A stretch of DNA of 64,000 nt from Paludibacteraceae bacterium. GTDB lineage: Bacteria > Bacteroidota > Bacteroidia > Bacteroidales > UBA932. The position numbers were made by a program, and so were the translations under genes. Below the pieces are notes generated by a model, which did no database searches, had not been told where the DNA came from, and saw only the letters and a program-made list of their open reading frames with translations. Below, piece after piece: positions 20,262-27,697 of this stretch; positions within the stretch are counted from its first letter, which is position 1; every line of letters begins with the position of its first letter. Location of the stretch: contig CAVHNN010000002.1 of assembly GCA_963637465.1 (NCBI GenBank), positions 22,347 to 86,346 of the forward strand, in the 5' to 3' direction.

Positions 20262-21626
20262 ATGGGAGCATTTCACGCATACGACATCAGAGGTGTCTAT
20301 GGGAAGGATTTCGACAGGAGCACGGCCTACAAGGTGGGCTATTTCCTGCCCGAACTTCTCAAGGCCGACAAGGTGCTGGTGGGACGCGACTGCCGCGTCT
20401 CCTCTCCGGAAATCCGCGATGCGCTCGTCGAGGGCATTCTCGATGCCGGAGCCGACGTGTACGACCTCGGGCTGAGCAGCACGCCGATGGTATATTTCGG
20501 CACCGCCAACTACGGATTCAAGGCCTCCGTGCAGATTACCGCCAGCCACAATCCCGCTGAGTACAACGGGATGAAGGTGAGCCGCGAAAACGCCCTCCCC
20601 GTCGGTCTGGACAGCGGCCTGGGGCAGATCAAAGAGTGGATTGACAGCGGCCGGCCGACAGAGGCGGCAGCCGTGCGCGGCACCCTGCACGAGATGGACG
20701 TCCACGAGGACTACATCGCCTTCATGAAGAAATTCAAGGGCGACTACGGCAATCTGAAGCTCGCCTTCGACCTGTCCAACGGGATGGCCAACCTCTTCGC
20801 CAAGGAAATCTACGGCGACTCCCCTGAATATCTTTTCGACACCATCGACGGACGCTTCCCGAACCACGAACCCAACCCGCTCGTGGCGAAGAACGTGGAG
20901 CCTCTCAAAGAGTTGGTGCGCCGCAGCGGAGCCGACGTGGGAGTCATCTACGACGGGGACGCGGACAGGGTGATGTTCGTCGATGACAAGGCCAGATTCG
21001 TGGCCCCCGACCTGATAATAGCCCTCATGGCCCTCTATTTCTGCGACGAGAGAGGAGAGAAGAACCCCCGCGTCCTCCAGGAGATACGCAGCTCCAAGGC
21101 CGTGGGAGAGTTCCTCGAAAAATACGGAGCCGACCTGCACACCTGGAAGGTGGGACGGGCGTTCGCCGCTCCGAAGCTCCGCGAGATTGACGGGCTCTGG
21201 GGCGGAGAACTCGCCGGACACTACTATTTCAAGGACTTCTTCTACTCGGACAGCGGCCTGCTCTCCTCGATGATTGTCCTGCGCATCGTCTCCTCCCTCA
21301 AGAAGAAGGGCATAAAGTTCAGCGCCCAGATAGACTCGATGACAAGGTACTTCAACTCCGGCGAAATCAACTTCAAGCTTGAAGACAAGGCCGGGGCGAT
21401 GAAGGCCCTGTGCGGGCATTTCTCCTCGCAGGCCAGGCCCGTGAAGCTCATGGACTTCGACGGATACCGCCTCGAATATCCGGACTGGTGGTTCAATATC
21501 CGCCCTTCCAACACGGAGCCGTACCTGCGCTTCATCTGCGAGGCGCGCAGCGAAGAGCTGCTCCAGGAAAAAGTGAAGGAGACCGTGAGTCTGCTTGAGA
21601 GGGATTTTGGAGCCGTGAGATCATAA
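20262..21626 (+). CDS. Phosphomannomutase/phosphoglucomutase family protein
   Basis: 454 aa with active-site TASHNPAEYNGMK and metal loop DGDADR. Confidence 0.85.
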   Translation: MGAFHAYDIRGVYGKDFDRSTAYKVGYFLPELLKADKVLVGRDCRVSSPEIRDALVEGILDAGADVYDLGLSSTPMVYFGTANYGFKASVQITASHNPAEYNGMKVSRENALPVGLDSGLGQIKEWIDSGRPTEAAAVRGTLHEMDVHEDYIAFMKKFKGDYGNLKLAFDLSNGMANLFAKEIYGDSPEYLFDTIDGRFPNHEPNPLVAKNVEPLKELVRRSGADVGVIYDGDADRVMFVDDKARFVAPDLIIALMALYFCDERGEKNPRVLQEIRSSKAVGEFLEKYGADLHTWKVGRAFAAPKLREIDGLWGGELAGHYYFKDFFYSDSGLLSSMIVLRIVSSLKKKGIKFSAQIDSMTRYFNSGEINFKLEDKAGAMKALCGHFSSQARPVKLMDFDGYRLEYPDWWFNIRPSNTEPYLRFICEARSEELLQEKVKETVSLLERDFGAVRS

Positions 21627-22699
21627 TGAAGACACGGCTCTCACTGCTCACCCTCATACTGCCCTCAATCGTATATGCCCAGCAGACAGACCCTGCGGGG
21701 CGGGCGGCGCTTCAAGGCCGGGAGCCCGGCATAGCCACTCCGGTGACTCCCCCGTCGGTATCGATGATTCCGGAAGACTATATCACGGAACCCGGGGCCT
21801 TCAAGAGAGGCAACGGCGCTCCGGTTGACACCCTCGACATCGGAGACGGATATCTCCAGATTGTCCTTAACGACGACTATAGCTGGAGATACATCAAGAA
21901 TCACAAGAAGGTGGCCCGCTCGGAGACGTTCACGGACTTCTGGGCGGAGAACACCCTCAACCCTTACGCGGAAATAAACCTGTCCGACCTCCCCTACCGC
22001 AGCTCCATCTGCCTCATAGACTCCGTGAGCGGCTTCGTGTGTCCGCATGTCGGAGAAGTATATTCCAAGTTCGGCTACAGGCGCAACCGGCGTCATCAGG
22101 GCGTGGATCTTCCGCTGCCGACAGGGACTCCGATCAACGTGGCATTCGACGGCAGGGTGCGCTACTCTGCTTATGTCCGAGGCTACGGCAACCTCGTGAT
22201 AGTAAGGCACGAAAATGGACTGGAGACATTCTACGGCCACCTCTCCAAGCGGCTCTCCGAGCCGGGGCAGTGGGTGAAGGCCGGGGATGTCATAGGGCTC
22301 GGAGGCTCCACGGGACGCTCGTCCGGGCCGCACCTGCACTTCGAGACCCGCTACAAGGGCTACGCGTTCGACCCTCAGTGGATAGTGGATTTCGAGAAGG
22401 GGGAGCTGCGCAAGAACGTCTTCGTGCTGCGCCGCAGCTACCTCGACCCCTCGTCCAGATATATGCCGGAGTCAATCGACGAGGAGGAGGAGATCTACGC
22501 CACGGACGAGCAGATCATTGAGGAGGAGAAGCGCATAGCTGCGGAAAAGGCCGCCGAGAAGTGGCACAGTGTCCGCTCCGGGGAGACCGTCTCCAGCATC
22601 GCGCGAAAATACGGCAAGACCCTCTCCGCCATCAAGAAGCTCAACCCGGGCCTGAACGTCGACAGAATCCGCAACGGCCAGAAGATCAGGGTAAACTGA
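21626..22699 (+). CDS. M23 family peptidase with C-terminal LysM domain
   Basis: Signal peptide, HQGVDL ... GPHLHFE motifs, and a C-terminal LysM (HSVRSGETVSSIARKYG...). Confidence 0.8.
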   Translation: MKTRLSLLTLILPSIVYAQQTDPAGRAALQGREPGIATPVTPPSVSMIPEDYITEPGAFKRGNGAPVDTLDIGDGYLQIVLNDDYSWRYIKNHKKVARSETFTDFWAENTLNPYAEINLSDLPYRSSICLIDSVSGFVCPHVGEVYSKFGYRRNRRHQGVDLPLPTGTPINVAFDGRVRYSAYVRGYGNLVIVRHENGLETFYGHLSKRLSEPGQWVKAGDVIGLGGSTGRSSGPHLHFETRYKGYAFDPQWIVDFEKGELRKNVFVLRRSYLDPSSRYMPESIDEEEEIYATDEQIIEEEKRIAAEKAAEKWHSVRSGETVSSIARKYGKTLSAIKKLNPGLNVDRIRNGQKIRVN

Positions 22700-22760
22700 C
22701 ACCGTCTGGCGATGTCGTGAGTGCCCATATAGCCGCATACCACATCCAACTCCCGCAAAA

Positions 22761-22794
22761 GGTTATAGCAAATTCTGTCCAAAATGCTATAACC
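22761..22794. repeat. Hairpin module 1: GGTTATAGC-N16-GCTATAACC
   Basis: Perfect 9 bp inverted repeat with a 16 nt spacer, read directly from the sequence. Confidence 0.75.
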
Positions 22795-22833
22795 TAATTC
22801 CCACAATACCCTCCGAAAGCGGTTTTATCGTCA

Positions 22834-22867
22834 GGTTATAGCGTTTTTGCCCATATATGCTATAACC
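22834..22867. repeat. Hairpin module 2: identical stem GGTTATAGC-N16-GCTATAACC
   Basis: Same 9 bp arms and the same 16 nt spacer length, 73 bp from module 1. Ends 5 nt from the GH43 stop codon. Confidence 0.75.
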
Positions 22868-22872
22868 TCTGC

Positions 22873-23865
22873 TTAAGAAGTGATTTCCCCGATGATTTTC
22901 AGGGTCTCGCCCGTATCCTCGAGTTCGAAGATCTTAGGGTGAGTTTCTCCCCAGTAAGGTGCGTGCAGGGCCAGCATCAGTCTGCCGTCGAAGCTGCGGA
23001 ATATCATCCCGTGCCCGGCACCGACCATCAGAGCCTCGTCCTGCTGCCGCCAAGGGCCTGCAATCTTCCCGGAATCCGATATGGCAATGCCGCAGCTGTT
23101 GTTGGTCGTCCAGATCATATACAGCTTGCCGGTCTTGCCCTTGCACAGATACGGGCCGTCGGTGACATAGCCGCTGCCGTCAGGCGCAATGACCTTGCCC
23201 CAACTGTGGTTGACATAGCTCGCACGGAAGAGATTCTTCGGCTCCCCGTCCATATCCGAGAGGTCATCTTTCAGCCGCACATAGCCCACGGCACCGTCAG
23301 TGACCTGCACCCACTCGTGGCAATAGACCATATAAGGCACGCCGTCCTCCACCCAGAGCGTCCCGTCTATGGTCATCATATCCGACGGAAGGGTGGCGTG
23401 AGGCGCGAAAGTCTTGAAAGGGCCGTAGGGAGAGTCGGAGACAAGCACCTGGCTTCCCCTCATCACGCGCCCGGTATGATACCAGTTGCGCCACTGCTCG
23501 GGAAGTTTCTCACTCGTGTCGAATGTCTGGAAAAGGTAGTATTTCCCCTTATAGTAGTGAAGCTCCGGCGCCCAGATGCTGTTGATACGGATATCCCCCC
23601 AGACATCGTCCGGAGCGGTGTAGATAACGGTTGGCCCCTCCCAATGGATGAGATCCCTGCTCTTGTAGCTCTTTACGCTGCGGCCGGCAGGCCCCACCAT
23701 GATATATTCCCCGGAAACGGGGTCCGCAAGCACGCAATTGTCCCGCCAATGAATCTGCTCAAGGGTGTATGTCCCGTATTGCTCCCTGACCGGCTGGGCT
23801 TTCAGGCCGACAGGCAGGCAGAGCAGCACCGCCGTCAGCAAAATTAAATTTCTTTTCATCGACAT
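22873..23865 (-). CDS. Glycoside hydrolase family 43-like protein (secreted)
   Basis: Signal peptide MSMKRNLILLTAVLLCLPVGLKAQ. WAPELHYYKGKYYLF and IDGTLWVEDGVPYMVY blocks are typical of 5-bladed propeller GH43. Start is at 23865 or 23859; the track extension to 23940 was rejected. Confidence 0.78.
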   Translation of the reverse strand: MSMKRNLILLTAVLLCLPVGLKAQPVREQYGTYTLEQIHWRDNCVLADPVSGEYIMVGPAGRSVKSYKSRDLIHWEGPTVIYTAPDDVWGDIRINSIWAPELHYYKGKYYLFQTFDTSEKLPEQWRNWYHTGRVMRGSQVLVSDSPYGPFKTFAPHATLPSDMMTIDGTLWVEDGVPYMVYCHEWVQVTDGAVGYVRLKDDLSDMDGEPKNLFRASYVNHSWGKVIAPDGSGYVTDGPYLCKGKTGKLYMIWTTNNSCGIAISDSGKIAGPWRQQDEALMVGAGHGMIFRSFDGRLMLALHAPYWGETHPKIFELEDTGETLKIIGEITS

Positions 23866-23871
23866 TTGTTT

Positions 23872-24037
23872 TAGAAGCTGTTTTGAAATAATTCCTCCCT
23901 TTTCTCGCGCGGCCTTTCCGGCCATTTTCATCTTTGTCATCGGTCACGTAGCCACCGCTACGCTCCCTCTTCCAAAGCCGAAACTGCCTCGAAAATTCCG
24001 CATAATAAAATTCGGAAACCATTTCAAAACAGCTTCT
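23872..24037. mobile_element. MITE-like 164 bp element, copy A (17 bp terminal inverted repeats)
   Basis: AGAAGCTGTTTTGAAAT at the left end and ATTTCAAAACAGCTTCT at the right end. About 96% identical (7 mismatches by hand alignment) to 42921-43085. Confidence 0.6.
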
Positions 24038-24047
24038 TAGTGATGTG

Positions 24048-24055
24048 CAAAGATA
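24048..24055 (-). promoter_or_regulatory. Candidate -7 box (TATCTTTG) upstream of element A and the GH43 gene
   Basis: Exact TAnnTTTG on the minus strand, 11 nt beyond the distal end of the element. Confidence 0.35.
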
Positions 24056-24107
24056 AGAAATTTGCGTTTTTCTTCCGGACTTTTTGCCGAATATGACAAT
24101 TAATTAA

Positions 24108-24115
24108 TACATTTG
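24108..24115 (+). promoter_or_regulatory. Candidate -7 box (TACATTTG), 5 nt before the ATG at 24121
   Basis: Exact TAnnTTTG. The spacing implies a leaderless or near-leaderless transcript. Confidence 0.45.
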
Positions 24116-24120
24116 CCTGC

Positions 24121-24426
24121 ATGATTAATCATGAGCATATACATTCTTTCTCCGACTACCTTTTCTGGGACACAAACAGGGATACCATCAGCCTTGAGTC
24201 CAATGCTCCTTATTTGATTCAACGAGTTCTGGAGTATGGGCAATTGAAAGACTGGTATCTTATCGTTGAGATATACGGGATTCGACGGATTACAGACATT
24301 GCAAGGGAGCTGCGGACTCTTGACCCGAAAGCAGTATCGCTGATTCCCGCTATTTCATCAGTTCCAAAAGAATCTTTTCGATGCTACACTACGAAACAAT
24401 CTCCCCCACTACATTGGGACTTCTGA
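24121..24426 (+). CDS. Small conserved protein, putative partner/antitoxin of the downstream AbiEii-family gene
   Basis: 101 aa. The FWD...RVLEYG...CYTTKQSPPLHWDF pattern matches what I recall of small proteins that precede Bacteroidota AbiEii-like genes. Overlaps the next ORF. Confidence 0.5.
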   Translation: MINHEHIHSFSDYLFWDTNRDTISLESNAPYLIQRVLEYGQLKDWYLIVEIYGIRRITDIARELRTLDPKAVSLIPAISSVPKESFRCYTTKQSPPLHWDF

Positions 24427-24653
24427 AAAAGTCACAGACCCTTGAAATATTGAAGGATACACGGCTAGTAGGCGGCACGGCGCTCGCCCTACAGATTGGT
24501 CACAGAATGTCTGTCGATCTTGATTTTTTTGGAAAAGCAGATGCTGACTTGGATGAATTGACAGAAGCTTTTTCAACATTTGCAGCCTCCGTATCTCCCA
24601 TATCAGCTTCGAAAATGATGAGATTCCTGATAGTTGACGGCATAAAGGGTTGA
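24381..24653 (+). pseudogene. Nucleotidyltransferase AbiEii/AbiGii toxin family, N-terminal fragment only
   Basis: MLHYETISPTTLGLLKK...RLVGGTALALQIGHRMSVDLDFF is a typical AbiEii N-terminus. The ORF stops after 90 aa (family members are roughly 250-300 aa), at the junction with an IS66 fragment. Confidence 0.65.
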
Positions 24654-24694
24654 GGTCCTCCGGCATATCACACAAAATCAAGACCAAAAAGTAG

Positions 24695-24899
24695 TACTCC
24701 CTTGCCTGCTCCTGCCGGAGCCTCGGAATCAACTTCTTCGACTACATCTCCGATGTGCTGAACAAGGCGGCTGCACTGCCGCCAGAATCTCCAACCGAAG
24801 TATATCGCAATCTCCTCCCGGACAAGTGGACAAAAGATGAGCAGGGCCAGTGACCCTGCTTTCTTTTTACCCACGACATGTCAACCCGGAGACGCTTAC
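24695..24899 (+). mobile_element. IS66-family remnant: transposase C-terminal ~52 codons plus right terminal repeat
   Basis: Frame translation reads YSLACSCRSLGINFFDYISDVLNKAAALPPESPTEVYRNLLPDKWTKDEQGQ*, an IS66 C-terminal pattern. It is followed by ...GGAGACGCTTAC (24893-24899 is the reverse complement of the GTAAGCG terminus). Confidence 0.6.
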
Positions 24900-24919
24900 C
24901 AAGCAATCAATGTGACATC

Positions 24920-25465
24920 CTATTCTCCAGTGCAATATATTTTCCTTACCGGGCCAGATGGTAGTACAGTGGAATATAAAGCCATAAAGCATGTTCGGCT
25001 AGGAACGGTAAAACCTCCTCCAACCTGTTCTATCATCAGACGCAGACTCACCCCGCCAAGAGTTTTCTTTGCCCGCTGAGAGATCCTGTAGGCTCCCGTT
25101 GCACCGACCACGGTACAACCTACGACAAGAGAATAGCCGTCTGATTCGGAAATTTCCGAATCAAAACCAAGCCGTTCGACAACATCCTTTATGACCGCCT
25201 GATCGTTAATAACAATCGCTTCCGTTTCTGCGGTTTCAGCAGTTACAGTCGTCGAAGTACTAATGCCGTTCTGCGCCAACAAGCCCCATGCTACCTCGCG
25301 ATAATCTGAACTTAAATCCAAGCCATCCTCCGAGTCCATAGAGAGCGGAGCAATAGCCTCCTGATCTGTCCATTCAAAAAAATCGGTATCAAGCGGCTCT
25401 TTTTCCGAACAGCTTATTATCCCAAAAGAGAGAATTGAAACGAATAAAAATTTCTTGATTTTCAT
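24920..25465 (-). CDS. Lipoprotein of unknown function
   Basis: 181 aa with lipobox LSFGIISC. It starts 4 nt after the S8 peptidase gene stop and shares its low G+C. Confidence 0.6.
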   Translation of the reverse strand: MKIKKFLFVSILSFGIISCSEKEPLDTDFFEWTDQEAIAPLSMDSEDGLDLSSDYREVAWGLLAQNGISTSTTVTAETAETEAIVINDQAVIKDVVERLGFDSEISESDGYSLVVGCTVVGATGAYRISQRAKKTLGGVSLRLMIEQVGGGFTVPSRTCFMALYSTVLPSGPVRKIYCTGE

Positions 25466-25469
25466 AATA

Positions 25470-27569
25470 TTATTGATTTTGAACAGTTTCGTATATTTTT
25501 ACATAGACCTTACGCCTACCCCCATCGGGAACGGAAGTGGACGGCAAAGTGGTCTCATATGTATCTCCGTCAGAAGAGAATGAGAAAGCATCATAACTGT
25601 TAGGAAAAGGATTGTCAATTGCGACTCCGATATCAAAATATCCGGAATAATCAGAGCAGACGGCATAAAGCCTAACTTCAATATCGGTGATGGCGGTCCC
25701 GGACGAAATATCGCATCCCCTATATACAGGATATCCGACTATGCTGTTTCTTTCCAAACCGCCCAACACGTTTGCAGATACTAGATAAGTAAAGACACCA
25801 TTGACTTTCCCCATCACATCAAATATCATCTCATCGAAATCATATATGGTGCTATTGCTAATCACAAAGTCGAATCCTGAAGTTTGGTCAGTATCATTCT
25901 GAAACTTAAATTGTTCCGCATACATCAGTGCATCGCGAGCATTCACCAGACCATATCCGACCTCATTGTTTCTAGTTAGTGGCGGATATTGGCCATCTGT
26001 CGTGTATGTATACCCAGGCAAATGATCACATCCCTTCTCGATTGCACGACGCACATACTCTTGTGGTAAATCCGGATATTTTGACAGTATCAATGCCGCC
26101 ACTCCGGCCACCTGTGGTGCTGCCGCAGAGGTTCCGTTAAACCTATCTTGATAGCCTCCATTCACATCTGTAGTACTAATATAAACACCAGGAGCCATCA
26201 CATCCAAAGTTCCACCATAATTGCTGCTCCACCAATTCTCCCCATCCGGTGTTGAAAGATTCTTACGCTGCCCATTATAGGATATTGCACCTACAGCCAT
26301 AACATAAGATAAACTTCCTGGATACAGCACAGGATCGTTATCTCCAAATTTCTTGTTTCCAGATGAGAATATGACAACGCAGCCTTTCCCGTCCCTACCT
26401 TGCGTAGTCGCGTTCTGTATGGCCGCAGTCAAAAGGCTGCAAGGGTTTGACAATCCCCACGAACAGTTTATTACATCCGCGCCTTGACTAACAGCCCAAT
26501 TAAAGCCGGACGTAGCCGTAGAGCTATAAACATTCTGTGAATCTCCTATCCTGACAGGTAAAATCTTGCAGCCGGGCGCAACTCCGCTTATTCCGATTCC
26601 GTTATCCTTGACGGCAGCAATGATTCCGGCGACGGGAGTCCCGTGTTTTTCTTCAGCTGAAGTCGGAGCGCCACCGCTGATATTCTGGACGCAATCATAG
26701 CCGGTGACTATGTTTGCCGCCAGATCGGGGTGAGTCAGCAGAACCCCATTGTCAAGCACGGCTACGATTATGTCGCTGCTACCTTCAGTCACTGTCCAAG
26801 CGGATTCAATATTGATGTCATAAAGCGCCGTGCTGTACTGCCCCGTGTTTTTCAGATTCCATTGATACTGATAATACGGATCCTGCGAACCGAAGGCATC
26901 GAACGAAATGAAATCGGGCGAGGTAAACTCGAACAGCCCAGTCTCATAAAATATACTTGAAAGCTGGAGAACACCAAATTCCGATGTCTTGTCAACCTTA
27001 ACAAAAAAGATGTCATCTTCAAAGAAATCCCTCTGAGAAACCGTACAGGCAAACCTCGCCGCCAGCCTGTCAAGCTCGCTTCTCGATGTCCCAGTCTTCA
27101 ATTTGACGGAAAACTCGTCTGAAACGCCCACAAGATGTCCCTCATATTCAAGCACCTTAGACGCAAATACCACAGACGGATTCGCCTTGAGTACGCCTAT
27201 TTGTCTATCTGTTTCAGCGGGGGAGGAACTTTGCAGCAGGAATGTATCGCCTGCAACGCCCATTGTCCGGCTATTTGTCGCCTGCGAGTTGTAAAGAGAA
27301 AGAGCCGACACTCCGCTGGTAATTTGCGTTAGAAATTTTGACTGGTCATCACTGATTTTGACGAACACCATATCCTGCCGTTCTCCCAAGGAAATCGTCT
27401 GGTCGAAATAGTAGTACGACAAATCCTCCCCCGTCCTGACCGATGTCAGCCCGTCATCCTGAGTCGAGATGCTCCCCGCCGATGGCTCGATTTCGAGGTT
27501 CAAATAGGAACACCCCGCGAGGAGACACGCAAGGCAAACAAGAACAACAAATTGAATCGATTGTTTCAT
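25470..27569 (-). CDS. S8 family (subtilisin-like) serine peptidase lipoprotein
   Basis: Start at ATG 27569 (MKQSIQFVVLVCLACLLAGCS). Catalytic triad blocks VAVLDNGV, HGTPVAGIIAA and GTSAAAPQVAGVAALI. Long N- and C-terminal extensions. Confidence 0.88.
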   Translation of the reverse strand: MKQSIQFVVLVCLACLLAGCSYLNLEIEPSAGSISTQDDGLTSVRTGEDLSYYYFDQTISLGERQDMVFVKISDDQSKFLTQITSGVSALSLYNSQATNSRTMGVAGDTFLLQSSSPAETDRQIGVLKANPSVVFASKVLEYEGHLVGVSDEFSVKLKTGTSRSELDRLAARFACTVSQRDFFEDDIFFVKVDKTSEFGVLQLSSIFYETGLFEFTSPDFISFDAFGSQDPYYQYQWNLKNTGQYSTALYDINIESAWTVTEGSSDIIVAVLDNGVLLTHPDLAANIVTGYDCVQNISGGAPTSAEEKHGTPVAGIIAAVKDNGIGISGVAPGCKILPVRIGDSQNVYSSTATSGFNWAVSQGADVINCSWGLSNPCSLLTAAIQNATTQGRDGKGCVVIFSSGNKKFGDNDPVLYPGSLSYVMAVGAISYNGQRKNLSTPDGENWWSSNYGGTLDVMAPGVYISTTDVNGGYQDRFNGTSAAAPQVAGVAALILSKYPDLPQEYVRRAIEKGCDHLPGYTYTTDGQYPPLTRNNEVGYGLVNARDALMYAEQFKFQNDTDQTSGFDFVISNSTIYDFDEMIFDVMGKVNGVFTYLVSANVLGGLERNSIVGYPVYRGCDISSGTAITDIEVRLYAVCSDYSGYFDIGVAIDNPFPNSYDAFSFSSDGDTYETTLPSTSVPDGGRRKVYVKIYETVQNQ

Positions 27570-27589
27570 GATGTGGTTATTATCTGCCT

Positions 27590-27621
27590 TAAAAGTAAAC
27601 ATTGTCTCCTAGAAAAGCAAA
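27590..27621 (-). promoter_or_regulatory. Candidate promoter for the S8 gene (-33 TTTG, 20 nt spacer, -7 TACTTTTA)
   Basis: TTTG at 27618-27621 and TACTTTTA at 27590-27597 on the minus strand. One mismatch to TAnnTTTG. Confidence 0.45.
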
Positions 27622-27628
27622 TTTTTAT

Positions 27629-27666
27629 AAAAAAAGAGATGCCGGCTCCTTGGGGGTCGGCATCTC
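27629..27666 (-). terminator. Rho-independent terminator after susD
   Basis: On the minus strand: GAGATGCCG-13 nt loop-CGGCATCTC, followed directly by TTTTTTT. Confidence 0.8.
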
Positions 27667-27697
27667 CGGAATATAATAGACTACAAACTAACTGTCT

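Noticed and set aside
23759-24022. ORF beginning inside the MITE-like element (MVSEFYYAEFSRQFRLWKRERSG...), also forming the N-terminal extension of the 39943-43071 ORF
   Set aside because: The 7 nucleotide differences between the two copies produce 5 amino-acid changes and no synonymous change, so there is no sign of purifying selection. The frame exits the element into unrelated sequence in copy A and into a signal peptide in copy B. I treat it as a non-coding element. The ATG may still matter as an upstream start (see findings).
25470-27569. S8 subtilase as a component of an anti-phage system (IetS-like) or as a T9SS cargo
   Set aside because: It has a lipoprotein signal peptide (LLAGC), so it is exported rather than cytoplasmic. 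No partner ATPase gene is adjacent. I do not recognise the C-terminus as a T9SS sorting domain.
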